A DNA stretch of 64,000 nt. Source: Alphaproteobacteria bacterium. GTDB taxonomy: Bacteria > Pseudomonadota > Alphaproteobacteria > MPNO01. This document shows positions 48,857 through 58,753 of the stretch, piece after piece. The position numbers and the translations under genes are program-made. Position 1 is the first letter of the stretch, and each line of letters starts with the position of its first letter. The stretch lies in the NCBI GenBank assembly GCA_965248835.1, contig CBDFLJ010000002.1, positions 928,001-992,000 of the forward strand. Direction: 5' to 3'. A model generated the notes under the pieces. That model was not told where the DNA came from, made no database searches, and saw only the letters and a list, made by a program, of their open reading frames with translations.

Positions 48857-49846
48857 TCAGGCGAGCGATCTGACGGCGCGCGCCGCCAAGCTCCCCATGA
48901 GCGGGATCTTGAAGTGGTTGTAGTTGAGCGCCTTCGCGCCGCGCGCGGCAACCCGTCGGGCCAGCGTTTCCAGCTCAGGCCCCGCCGTCTCGCCCTTCAT
49001 CAGGTCCTCGACCTCGCTCAACCGCCTTGGCGTGCATTGCACCCCGCCGCAGGCGATGCGCACATCGTTCACCTTGGCGCCCTCGGTCTTGGCCACCATG
49101 GCGATATTGACCAGGGCGAAGTCCCAGGTTTCGCGGTCGGCGACCTTCTCGAAATAGGACTTGGCGCCGGCCCATTTCTTGGGGATACGGACTTCCGTCA
49201 GGATGTCGCCCTTCTCGAGCGCCGTCATCCGGGTGATGTCGACCGCAGGCCCGATAAAGAACGCCTCGCTGGGCACCGTGCGCATCTTACCGTTGCGCGA
49301 GATCATCATTTCTGCTTCCAGCGCGACCAGGGCCGGCGCCGTGTCCGAGGGCGTCACCGCGACGCAGCGGGTGGCCTCGAACAGCGCATGCTCCCGGTTC
49401 ATCGCCGTCGGCGTGTTGGCGTAGCAGGTGTTGCCTCCGGCGCGGTAGCAGGGGAACCCGTCGCGGTAATAGGTGCAGCGGGTATCCTGGGAGACGTTGC
49501 CGCCGATGGTGCCGGCGTTGCGGATCTGCGGGCTCGCGACCTTGGCCGCGGCCTGGGTGAGGACCGGGAAGTTGTCCCGCAGCAGTGCGCTGTCCTCGAT
49601 TTCGGTCAGCGTGGTCGTCGCGCCGATTGAGACGTGATCGCCGCGGTCGCGGATTCCGTGCAGCTGCCCAAGTCCGCTGATGTCGATGACCGCCTGCGGC
49701 CGCTTATGCCGGTCCTTGAACCAGTCGAAGCTGTCCTTGCCGCCGGCGACGATCCAGGCGTCCTTGCCGTGCTCGTCCAGGAGTCGCGTCGCGTCCTCCA
49801 GGCTGGCGGGCGTATAGAGGTCGAACGCGTGCATGAAGTCAGTCAT
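48857..49846 (-). CDS. FAD subunit with 4Fe-4S insert (PaoB/YagS-like)
   Basis: VAGG, VASPQIRNAGTIGGN, RCTYYRDGFPCYRAGGNTC and C.AVTPSD motifs. Confidence 0.9.
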   Translation of the reverse strand: MTDFMHAFDLYTPASLEDATRLLDEHGKDAWIVAGGKDSFDWFKDRHKRPQAVIDISGLGQLHGIRDRGDHVSIGATTTLTEIEDSALLRDNFPVLTQAAAKVASPQIRNAGTIGGNVSQDTRCTYYRDGFPCYRAGGNTCYANTPTAMNREHALFEATRCVAVTPSDTAPALVALEAEMMISRNGKMRTVPSEAFFIGPAVDITRMTALEKGDILTEVRIPKKWAGAKSYFEKVADRETWDFALVNIAMVAKTEGAKVNDVRIACGGVQCTPRRLSEVEDLMKGETAGPELETLARRVAARGAKALNYNHFKIPLMGSLAARAVRSLA

Positions 49847-49868
49847 TGGTCTGCCTCCGTTCCGCCGG

Positions 49869-52283
49869 TCACTGGCAGTTGGTCTGCAACGGCTTGTGGG
49901 ATTGCGGCTGTTTCGCGAGCACGTTGATGATCATGTCCGCAACGACGGGCACCCGGTTGAACGTGTGACCGCCGAGCGCATCCGAGACCGCGCTCAGATA
50001 GGCCGATGATGCCGAGCCCTGAATGGGCTCGCCGACGCCCTTGGCGCCGACCGGGTTCTGGGGGTCATGCGCCCCTTCCACCGCGAGCGAGGCCATCTGC
50101 ACGGGTACGTCCAGATAGGTCGGCGGCTTCGACTGGTAGTAGCCCAGGGCGTTGGGCCGCCCATAGGCCGGGTCGTAGACATAACGCTCGGCCGCGGCGA
50201 GCCCGAACCCCATCACTGCGCCGCCGCGGATCTGAGCCTCCAGCCCTTGCGGGTGCAGCACCTGGCCGACATCGGCGACGCCGAGATAATCGATCACCTC
50301 GACCTTGCCGGTCTCCGGATCCAGCTCGATCTCGATGAAGGCCGCGGCGAGAGCGGGGACCACCCCATTCTTGGGGAGCTTGTCCTTGGCAACGCCGATC
50401 AATCCCGTACCCGCGATCATCCTGGCGGCCGCCTTGGTCAACCCCTTGAGCTCGGGGTCGACCTCATGGGCGGCGTATTTGCCGCCGAGCTCGATCGCCT
50501 TCTTTGCCGCCTGGGCGAAGGTGATCGATCCGGCGCCGTTCTTGGCGACCACGCGCTCGTTGTCGAGCTTGTAGTCGTCGGGCGCGCCGCCAAGCATCGC
50601 CGCGCCGATCTCCAACAGCTTCTGCTTGGCGTCCATCGCTGCGGCGTAGTTGGTCCGGGTCATCGTGAAAGAGGTGTTGGATCCGAACTGGCCGATATTG
50701 AACGGCATCGCCTTCAGGCTGCCGCCGCGTTCGATGACCGTGTTGTTCCAGTCATAGCCCAGCACCTCGGCCGCAACCCGCGAGGTGGCCGCGTAGGAAT
50801 AGGTGCCGAGATTGCCGACGCCGGTGTGGATATGGAGGATTCCATCCGGCGTGATACGGACCATGCCGTCCCAGCCGTTATACCCGGCGGCGTGATAGGC
50901 CTGGCCGATCCCGATCGCTCTGATCTTGCCGTCTTTCTGTTTGCCGGCCTGCTTGACCCGCTCGGCATAGCCGAACTTCTCGGCAGCCTGCTCCAGCCCT
51001 TCACGGAGATAGGCGCTGGTCAGGGGCGCACGCTTCGGGCCTATCTTGCCGTTAGGTCCGCCACCCGGCGCGTTCGCCAGGCGCAGCGCGAGTCGGTCGA
51101 TCCCCAGTTCACGCGCCCCCTTGTCGAGGAGCGGCTCCAGGATATTGGCGGTCTGGTTTTCTCCCGGGCCCCGCTGGGCACCCTTCGGCGGCGTGTTGGT
51201 GAGCACCGGTATGCCGCGGAACCGCATGGCCTCGGGCTGCAAAATGACCGAGGACGCCATGCCGAAGTTCTGGAAGTCCCAGAATCCGGCGGTCGAGCCG
51301 TTGTCCTGCACGACATAGCTGTCGAGCGCCAGCACGCGGCCGTCGGCGCCGAAGCCGATCTTGACCCAGCCCTGGAAGCCGGCGCGCGCGGAGCCGTTAT
51401 AGAACTCGTCGGCGCGGCTGATCCGCATCAGCACCGGGCGCCCGTTGAGCTTCTTCGACATCAGGGCGGGCAACGCCATCAGCGGATAGGAATAGGCCTT
51501 GCCGCCGAAGCCGCCGCCGCAGAACTCGCTGACCAGGTTGAGGTCCGTCGGCTTGATGCCGATATATTTGGCCAGGCTCGGCACGGCGAAGGACGAGGAC
51601 TGGGTCGAGCCCCAGACATGGCACTTGCCGTTCGCCCAATAGGCGGCGGCGGAGCGCGGCTCCATCGCGTGATGCGCGTTCGCCGCGCTGACGAAGGACT
51701 CCTCGACGACGACCTTGGCTTTGGCGAAACCGCCCTCGACATCGCCATAGGACCAATCCGCCGCCGGCTTGCCCATCGGCAGCTTGTCGTCGCCGGCACG
51801 GGCGAAGTCCTTGCCGGTCCACTTGATCTCTTGCAACTTGATGCCCTGGCGGTTGGCGACGTTGCCGCCGACATGGGCGTTCGGCCCGTCCGGCCGCAGG
51901 CTGTCCAGCGGATCGATGCAGAACGGCAGCGGTTCCACCACCACCTTCGCTGCCGCGATCGCGTCTTCGGCCTGTTGCTCGGTCATCGCCGCCACGGCGA
52001 GGATCGGCTGGCCCACGAACACCGGGTAATCGGTCAGGATCGCATGCCCGGCGTCCTTGGGCTGCTTGATCTCGCTCGCCACCAGCACGCCGACGACCCC
52101 TGGCATGCGCTTGATGCCGTCGACATCGATCGACTTGACCTTGCCGTGCGGCATTGGCGAGGGGAAGGTCTTGAGGAACACCATGCCGTCGGCACGGAAA
52201 TCCTCGGCGTATTTCGCAGCGCCGGTGACCTTGGCGTGAAGGTCCGGCGGGGTGAAGTTCTTGCCGATCAGCGAATAGGCCAT
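49869..52283 (-). CDS. Molybdopterin-binding subunit of an aldehyde-oxidoreductase/XDH-family enzyme
   Basis: KVTGAAKYA, HHAMEP, GGGFGGK, GAQRGPG, QIRGG and VGAKGVGEP motifs. Confidence 0.92.
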   Translation of the reverse strand: MAYSLIGKNFTPPDLHAKVTGAAKYAEDFRADGMVFLKTFPSPMPHGKVKSIDVDGIKRMPGVVGVLVASEIKQPKDAGHAILTDYPVFVGQPILAVAAMTEQQAEDAIAAAKVVVEPLPFCIDPLDSLRPDGPNAHVGGNVANRQGIKLQEIKWTGKDFARAGDDKLPMGKPAADWSYGDVEGGFAKAKVVVEESFVSAANAHHAMEPRSAAAYWANGKCHVWGSTQSSSFAVPSLAKYIGIKPTDLNLVSEFCGGGFGGKAYSYPLMALPALMSKKLNGRPVLMRISRADEFYNGSARAGFQGWVKIGFGADGRVLALDSYVVQDNGSTAGFWDFQNFGMASSVILQPEAMRFRGIPVLTNTPPKGAQRGPGENQTANILEPLLDKGARELGIDRLALRLANAPGGGPNGKIGPKRAPLTSAYLREGLEQAAEKFGYAERVKQAGKQKDGKIRAIGIGQAYHAAGYNGWDGMVRITPDGILHIHTGVGNLGTYSYAATSRVAAEVLGYDWNNTVIERGGSLKAMPFNIGQFGSNTSFTMTRTNYAAAMDAKQKLLEIGAAMLGGAPDDYKLDNERVVAKNGAGSITFAQAAKKAIELGGKYAAHEVDPELKGLTKAAARMIAGTGLIGVAKDKLPKNGVVPALAAAFIEIELDPETGKVEVIDYLGVADVGQVLHPQGLEAQIRGGAVMGFGLAAAERYVYDPAYGRPNALGYYQSKPPTYLDVPVQMASLAVEGAHDPQNPVGAKGVGEPIQGSASSAYLSAVSDALGGHTFNRVPVVADMIINVLAKQPQSHKPLQTNCQ

Positions 52284-52286
52284 GAT

Positions 52287-53015
52287 CTATGCCCTCCCAG
52301 CCGCGCGCATCACGCCGGCGAGGTAATGGTTGTAGGCGCCGCATCTGCACAGATTGCCCGACATCCCGCGACGGGCCTCTTCCGCCGTGGGTTTCGGGTT
52401 CTTTTTCAACAGCCCGACCGCCGCCATCACCTGGCCCGGCGTGCAGAAGCCGCATTGCGGCCCGAGCTCGTCGATGAACGCCTGCTGCACCGGGTGGAGC
52501 GTGCCGTCCGGTGCAGCGACGCCTTCGACGGTCGTGATCTTCTTGCCGCGGACCTGGTGGGCCAGCGTCGAGCAGGAATAGATCGGGATGTCGTCGGCCA
52601 GAACGGTGCAGGCGCCGCATTCGGCCCGATTGCAGCCGATCTTGGTGCCCGTCATGCCGAGACGGTAGCGGATCGTCTGGGCCAGCGTCTCGCTCGGCGG
52701 GACATCGACGCGGCGCGTCCTCCCGTTGATGTTGAGCGTGATCAGCCGCTCGACCCCGCGCACCGCCGCGCGCGCCTCGCCCGATTGCACCGTGAACATG
52801 TAGGCGGACGCCGAAACCGCGACCCCCGAACAGACGACGCCGCGCAGGAACGCACGGCGGCTGGTGCCGCTCGCCTGCCAATTCGCCGCGGGCAACTCAG
52901 CGAGATTGCCGGCGACTTCGGGGGTTGCCGGAATCCACGCGAAGTCGTCCGCCGGATCGGGCGGAAATTCGGGGGCTTCGAACGCCGCCGCCTCATCCTG
53001 ACGATTTTGGATCAT
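52287..53015 (-). CDS. Tat-exported [2Fe-2S] subunit (PaoA/YagT-like)
   Basis: SRRAFLRG twin-arginine motif plus hydrophobic stretch; GCNRAECGACT, QCGFCTPG and NLCRCGAY motifs. RBS GAGGGAG before ATG 53015. Confidence 0.9.
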   Translation of the reverse strand: MIQNRQDEAAAFEAPEFPPDPADDFAWIPATPEVAGNLAELPAANWQASGTSRRAFLRGVVCSGVAVSASAYMFTVQSGEARAAVRGVERLITLNINGRTRRVDVPPSETLAQTIRYRLGMTGTKIGCNRAECGACTVLADDIPIYSCSTLAHQVRGKKITTVEGVAAPDGTLHPVQQAFIDELGPQCGFCTPGQVMAAVGLLKKNPKPTAEEARRGMSGNLCRCGAYNHYLAGVMRAAGRA

Positions 53016-53396
53016 GACGTCTCCCTCATCGAAAACCCGTTGCCGACCGCTGCCGGGCTGCGGAATTATAAAAAGCGTACCCCGAACACCCTCATAGACC
53101 AAGGGAGATCGCGCTTATCTACAACCGGCTGTGGATAAAACGCGGCACCGCCACGCGCTGTGCCGGGCAGGCGATCACCGGCATCTTCCCGCCAAGAGCT
53201 GCAGACCGGGACCAGCAAGCTGCACGTGCCGCCCCGCCCCGCCTCGCCCGCCAGGTTTACGCCGGTTGCCGACTGTCATTTTTCCCCTGATGCGATTAGT
53301 TTCTTCCGGCGGCGCAACGCTTTTTCTTCAGTCCGGCGTGCAAATCCGTTGCTCTGGCCGACGCCTGGGCGGGCAAACGGCGGGATATCGAAAAGG

Positions 53397-54389
53397 ATGG
53401 CCAAGGGGCTCGGAATCCGATTCGACGGATTCGATCACATGTCGGATACGCTTGAGGTTGTCCGCGAGGCGGAGAAAGCAGGCGCAAACCAGATCTGGAT
53501 GGCGGAGCATATGGGCTATCGCGAGGCCGTTGTCGCCTGCATGGCTTACGCGATGTCGACCGAGGCTGCGACGGTGATTCCGACGGCGCTCAGCCCGTAC
53601 CTGTGGCACCCCACCCCCACGGCGATGTCGCTTGCGACGCTGGCTGATGTAGCGCCGGGTAGGGTCGGCGTCGCGGTCGGCGTGGGCAATCCGCTCTTTC
53701 TCGGCGAGTCGGGTATCGAGCCGGTCAAACCGGTGCGGGCCGTTCGTGAATTCGTCGAATGCCTGCGCGCGCTGTGGACCGGCGAAGCGGTGACCTATGA
53801 CGGGGAATTTTTCCGGCTTTCCGGAGCACGCATGACCTTCTCTCCGTCGCATCCGATTCCGATATATATCGCAGCAACCCGAGAACGGATGCTGCGGCTT
53901 ACCGGACGTATTGCCGACGGGGTGGTGCTGTCCGGTGGGCTGTCCGTCGCTCATATCAGATACAGTCTCGGGCAGATGGCCGACGGTGCGCGGGCGGCGG
54001 GCCGCGATCCGGCCGAACTCCGCAATGCCGCCTTTCTCTACTTCTCGGTTTCCGCGGACGGGCGAGAGGCCGTGGACTACCTGCGCGGACGGCTCGCCTT
54101 CCTGTTTCGCAATCACACGATGGCGGACAATATCCGCTCGTCCGGCCTTCCCATCGATCACGAAGCCATCATCGATGCCGTCGCAAGGCGTGACATGGCG
54201 TTGGCGAGGCGCCTCGTTCCCGACGACGCGGTGGACGCTTTTGCGGTCGGCGGCACACCGCGAAACTGTCGCGATCGGCTTGCCGCCTATCTCGATACCG
54301 ATGTCACGGAGCCGGTTATCCAGATCAGCGGCTCGCCGGAAAGCCGGGCACTCGCGCTTGAAATCCTCAGGGAATTTGCGGCCGCATGA
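53397..54389 (+). CDS. Luciferase-like (LLM) flavin-dependent oxidoreductase, Mer-like
   Basis: AEKAG...WMAEH, PGRVGVAVGVG, PIPIYIAA...MLRLTGRIADG motifs. Confidence 0.88.
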   Translation: MAKGLGIRFDGFDHMSDTLEVVREAEKAGANQIWMAEHMGYREAVVACMAYAMSTEAATVIPTALSPYLWHPTPTAMSLATLADVAPGRVGVAVGVGNPLFLGESGIEPVKPVRAVREFVECLRALWTGEAVTYDGEFFRLSGARMTFSPSHPIPIYIAATRERMLRLTGRIADGVVLSGGLSVAHIRYSLGQMADGARAAGRDPAELRNAAFLYFSVSADGREAVDYLRGRLAFLFRNHTMADNIRSSGLPIDHEAIIDAVARRDMALARRLVPDDAVDAFAVGGTPRNCRDRLAAYLDTDVTEPVIQISGSPESRALALEILREFAAA

Positions 54390-54406
54390 TGTCTGCCTGA
54401 AAGCCG

Positions 54407-56695
54407 ATGCGGACGTTCCAACCAGGCCGGCCGATACGGCGCAGCGAGGATCGTCGGCTGCTGACCGGCCGCGGCCGATTCCTCGATGACCGGACGTCGT
54501 CGGACACCGCGTATGGAGCGTTCGTGCGTTCACCGCACGCCCATGCCCGGATCTTGACCATCGACATGGCAGAAGCGCGCGCGGTGCCGGGCGTTCTCGC
54601 CGTCCTCACCGGGGAGGACTATGCGGCGGACGGGCTCGGCTTGCTGACATGCGGCGAACACGCGCTCAGGCGTGACGGATCGCCGATGAGGGTGCCGCCC
54701 CATCCTGCCTTGCCGATCGACCGCGTCCGCCATGTCGGCGAGGCCGTGGTCATGGTCATTGCCGAAACCGAGGCGATTGCCAGGGATGCCGCCGAACGCG
54801 TAAGGGTGGACTACGAACCGCTCGGCGCGATGACCGATACGGCGCGCGCCCACGCCCGCGATGCCCCGCTGGTCTGGGACGACTGTCCCGACAATGAAGC
54901 CTTCGTTGCCAGAGTTGGCGACCGGCATGCCTGCGACCGCGTAGAGGCGGAAGCGGCGTATCTTGTCGAACAACGGCTGGTCAACCAGCGCGTCGCCGCG
55001 AATTCGATGGAACCGCGCGGGGCCTTCGCATTTTTCGATGGCGATGTCGGCCGTTTCACGCTCTATGCCGGGGTTCACAGCCCCCATCTCCTGCGCGTGA
55101 CACTGGCGCGGGACATCTTCGGGCTTCCGCCGCGCTGTTTTCGCATTGTAACCGGCGACATCGGCGGCAGCTTCGGTATGCGCGGCGCAACCTATCCCGA
55201 GCTTGTCCTCGTGCTGTGGGCAGCACGCCGGCTGGCCCGGCCGGTCAAATGGATCGCGACCCGCAGCGAGGGCCTGATCAGCGACGACCACGGGCGCGAT
55301 GTGATCAGCGACGCCCGTCTGGCGCTTGACTCCGAAGGCCGCATTCTCGGTTTGCGTGCGGCGGTGACCGTCAATCTCGGTGCGTATCTTGCGGTCAAGG
55401 GGCCGCGTTCACCCTTGAACACACTGAGCCTGTTGTCCGGTGTCTACCGGATTCCGGTTTTCGATCTGGAAGCGGTCGGCGTGTACACCCATACCAACGC
55501 AACCTCTCCCTATCGCGGTGCCGGCGGTCCGGAAGCGGCTTATATCATCGAGCGGTTGCTCGACAAGGCTGCCCGAACGCTCCGGGTCGATCGCATCGCG
55601 TTGCGTCGACGAAACCTGATCGGCGAGCCCGCCATGCCCTACGATACCGGCCTCGGCTGGGTCTATGACAGCGGTGCCTTCGAACGGGCGATGGACATCG
55701 CGGTGCGGCAGGCCGACCTGGAAGGGTACGATATCCGCCGCGTCGCATCGCGCCGAATCGGACGCCTGCGCGGTGTCGGCATCTGCAACGCGATCGAACA
55801 GACAGCTCGTTCCGGCGCGGAGGAGGCGGCGATCCGGCTGGATCGCGATGGCGGCGTGACGGTTTGCGTCGGGACGGCGCCGCAAGGACAAGGTCATGAG
55901 ACCGTCTACCACCAACTCGTGAGCGCCGCACTGGGTCTCGATGTGGATGCGATACGCGTGCTGACAGGCGATACCGATGTGATTTCGACCGGCGGCGGTA
56001 CTTTCAATTCGCGCTCGCTCGTCTGCGGCGGTACGGCCGTGATATTGGCCGCTGAAGATTTAACCGACGCCGGCAGGGAGATTGCCGCCGAGATCCTCGA
56101 AGCGGCGAAGACCGATATCGCGTTTGCCGCGGGACGGTACGCGGTTGCCGGAACAGACCGGTCGGTGTCCTTGATCGACGTGGCGGCGAGAACAAGCGAA
56201 GGTCTCAACGGCGGGGCGCGCTACGCCCCGGACTCCGCGACGTTTCCCAACGGAACCCATGTATGCGAGGTCGAGATCGACCCGGAGACGGGCGAGGCCG
56301 CCATCGCGCGTTACGTCGCGGTCGATGATGTCGGCACGGTAATCAATCCGCTTCTGCTCGACGGGCAGATTCATGGCGGCGTGGCCCAGGGCATCGGGCA
56401 GGCACTATTCGAAAGAATCGTGTTCGATCGGGAGAACGGTCAGAATCTCACGGGCTCGTTCATGGATTACGCCATGCCGCGGGCCGACGATCTCTGTTTC
56501 GTCGAAACCGGATCCAGCCCCGTACCGACCGCCCTCAACCCTCTCGGAGCAAAGGGGGCGGGTGAGGCCGGGACGGTGGGCGCGCTGCCGGCGGTGATGT
56601 GTGCCATCGCCGATGCACTCGGCTCCGAGGAGGCCGAAGACCTCGACATGCCGGCGACACCGGAACGAATTTGGCGCATATTGAGCCGCGCCTGA
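54407..56695 (+). CDS. Stand-alone CoxL-like molybdopterin-binding subunit (not form I CO dehydrogenase)
   Basis: RSEDRRLLTGRG, GGSFG, active-site loop SPYRGAGGPE, GQIHGG and LGAKGAGE motifs. Confidence 0.9.
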   Translation: MRTFQPGRPIRRSEDRRLLTGRGRFLDDRTSSDTAYGAFVRSPHAHARILTIDMAEARAVPGVLAVLTGEDYAADGLGLLTCGEHALRRDGSPMRVPPHPALPIDRVRHVGEAVVMVIAETEAIARDAAERVRVDYEPLGAMTDTARAHARDAPLVWDDCPDNEAFVARVGDRHACDRVEAEAAYLVEQRLVNQRVAANSMEPRGAFAFFDGDVGRFTLYAGVHSPHLLRVTLARDIFGLPPRCFRIVTGDIGGSFGMRGATYPELVLVLWAARRLARPVKWIATRSEGLISDDHGRDVISDARLALDSEGRILGLRAAVTVNLGAYLAVKGPRSPLNTLSLLSGVYRIPVFDLEAVGVYTHTNATSPYRGAGGPEAAYIIERLLDKAARTLRVDRIALRRRNLIGEPAMPYDTGLGWVYDSGAFERAMDIAVRQADLEGYDIRRVASRRIGRLRGVGICNAIEQTARSGAEEAAIRLDRDGGVTVCVGTAPQGQGHETVYHQLVSAALGLDVDAIRVLTGDTDVISTGGGTFNSRSLVCGGTAVILAAEDLTDAGREIAAEILEAAKTDIAFAAGRYAVAGTDRSVSLIDVAARTSEGLNGGARYAPDSATFPNGTHVCEVEIDPETGEAAIARYVAVDDVGTVINPLLLDGQIHGGVAQGIGQALFERIVFDRENGQNLTGSFMDYAMPRADDLCFVETGSSPVPTALNPLGAKGAGEAGTVGALPAVMCAIADALGSEEAEDLDMPATPERIWRILSRA

Positions 56696-57000
56696 ATCAG
56701 CGGCGTCCCGGCCTTCGGCGTTCCGTCCACGTCTTTTCTCGAGAATTTTTACCGAGCCGGGCTGACGACCTGGCAAGCGGCGGAGAGCGGCGTCATCTCC
56801 CGCGCCTGTATCGAAAGCGAGCCCAACAAGTTGACCAGGAGCCCGCCGCTGCCTGACTCGCCCCGCCGCCACTGGCTTCACAAGTCCGGAGATCCGACGC
56901 ACCGTTCATCGACGCCGGGGCGCAGCGGTACTGCTATCTTATGCAGACTTTAGAGGTCAGGCGGTGTAGAGCCGAAGCCGGGGCGACTGATGGATGTCAC

Positions 57001-58242
57001 TCAAGCCGGTTGCCCCACCAACGCTTCGGCCTCTAGGCGCCCTGCGTCAAGCAGTTCCGCCCGGGCGCGGGCTTTCCAGTCGGCTCGCATCATGAAACCG
57101 GGCTCGGAGCGGCAACGCGCCTCGGAGACACTGAGGATTTCCTCGTCGGACAGCGAGAAGTCGAGCGGCCAAGCGCTGGGTGCCGGCGTGTACCAGACCG
57201 ATTCACGACTTAGCTCGATCGTGTTGCCCTCGGGATCGTCACAGTAAAGCGACAGCGAATTGCCATGATCAACGGGACGGTAACCGTCAACGTCAGGATG
57301 GGCATGCATGCGTTCATGAACACCGCGTAAGGCCGAGATCGACGGCACCCTGAAAGTGACCTGGTTGATGCTGCTCGGCACGTCCGCCGGGCGTCCGGCG
57401 ACAAGGACAATCTGAGCGATTTGATTGGGGTCGCGGGTGAGGTAGACGACCTCTGCCGCCGGCACCTCGCCGACCGCCGCTCGGCGACCGCGCCCTGTGA
57501 CGAGATAGCCCAATGCGCTTACATAGAAAGAGGTGAGGGCATCGAGATCGCTCGCTCGCATGCCGATACGGAACATAGCGACGCGCGGAAACGGCTCGGC
57601 GCGCTTTGTTTTGAAGTCATTGCGGAAAACCGCTGCGGCGCCGGCGGGTGGAGGGTCGATCGAGGGTGTCGCCTGTATCTGCAGCTTGCCGCTTGCCGCA
57701 AGTGCGGCCTCGGCCTCCGCTCGCCATTGGGAGCGGTGGCAGAAGCCGACGTGATCTTCGCACCGACTCCGCGTTGTCGCACGGATCGCTTCGTCGTCAG
57801 ACTGAAGATCGAGCGGCCAAGCCTGCGGTTGCGGTACGAACCAGCCGGTGTCGACGTCGATGCTCACTGGAATGCCTGTCGGATCCGTGAAACGGAGCGT
57901 CCAGGACACACCATGATCAACCGCGGTGATGCCGGTCATGTCCGGTTCCCTCGCCAGCAGCGACGCAATCCGCCTGAGCTCACCCAGACTGGGTGCCAGG
58001 AAGCCCACGTCGGCCACGGTCGTCGGGTGTGCCGGATCACGGCCGCTCACGGCCACGAGCTGGTGATGCTCGAACGGGCGGCGGGTCATGAAGCAGATCC
58101 GCTGTTCACTCAGCCCGCCATCGTCGCTGACGCCAAATCCGAACACGCGCGTCCAGAAGTCGACAGCGCGGTCGTAGGCATCGGTGTAATAACCGAAATG
58201 GCTGAACACCAGAGGTGCCGCGGTTGAGTCTTGAGACGTCAT
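57001..58242 (-). CDS. VOC/glyoxalase-family protein made of two tandem ~190-aa units
   Basis: Both halves share the pattern F/Y..V/ALG..V...G, GR, SL..LR, VDHG.S..L...DP.G, W..P.P.AWPLD...DE.I......RC....GF..R..W. Confidence 0.85.
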   Translation of the reverse strand: MTSQDSTAAPLVFSHFGYYTDAYDRAVDFWTRVFGFGVSDDGGLSEQRICFMTRRPFEHHQLVAVSGRDPAHPTTVADVGFLAPSLGELRRIASLLAREPDMTGITAVDHGVSWTLRFTDPTGIPVSIDVDTGWFVPQPQAWPLDLQSDDEAIRATTRSRCEDHVGFCHRSQWRAEAEAALAASGKLQIQATPSIDPPPAGAAAVFRNDFKTKRAEPFPRVAMFRIGMRASDLDALTSFYVSALGYLVTGRGRRAAVGEVPAAEVVYLTRDPNQIAQIVLVAGRPADVPSSINQVTFRVPSISALRGVHERMHAHPDVDGYRPVDHGNSLSLYCDDPEGNTIELSRESVWYTPAPSAWPLDFSLSDEEILSVSEARCRSEPGFMMRADWKARARAELLDAGRLEAEALVGQPA

Positions 58243-58753
58243 GATCTAAGCCTGCCCTCGTGGTTCCGTATGCTGTCATAGAGAATAATATCGGTTGGAA
58301 GCTCTTGACTATATATGCTTCGGATGAGGTGAGCATGGCGCCAATTCCTCCGATCCGCAAGCAGATTGCGCAAAGTAGCCGTGGGTTGGGACATCCAACA
58401 GATGGATATCAGGAGAGAGCCGCTCTGTGGATTTCCATGCCGAAAGTCGGGCGTCGCACGGTCTTGGCCGGATAGGCACCGAGTCGTTACGACCTGATGG
58501 CCAAGGGTCAGGTCATCAGATCTCCGGGAAATTCGGCACGCGGGTCGGCAGCGAAATTGCGGGCCGCCGCGCCCCTTCTTGACTCAACGAAATTCGACCC
58601 TGAACACCGTTCCTCGGCCCGCCCGGGCAACAAATTCGGGGATTCGTTGCACGCGACAGGGGCGCGCGGGATAATCCAACCCCTCGATGCAGGTTTGCCG
58701 TAACGAAGGCCTCATATTGCGATGGCCGGATACCATAGCTCCAAAGGTGTGAC

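Noticed and set aside
3529-53138. Very long antisense or alternative-frame ORFs (e.g. 3529..5538-, 7214..10000-, 44882..47215+, 50067..53138+)
   Set aside because: They are shadows of real genes in high-GC DNA: Arg/Gly-rich, motif-free, and opposite well-supported CDSs.
54407-56695. Aerobic CO dehydrogenase CoxL
   Set aside because: It lacks the form I AYxCSFR loop (has PYRGAG) and has no coxMS or coxDEF neighbours.
56700-56990. Open frame after the orphan Mo subunit
   Set aside because: No start, RBS or recognisable motif.
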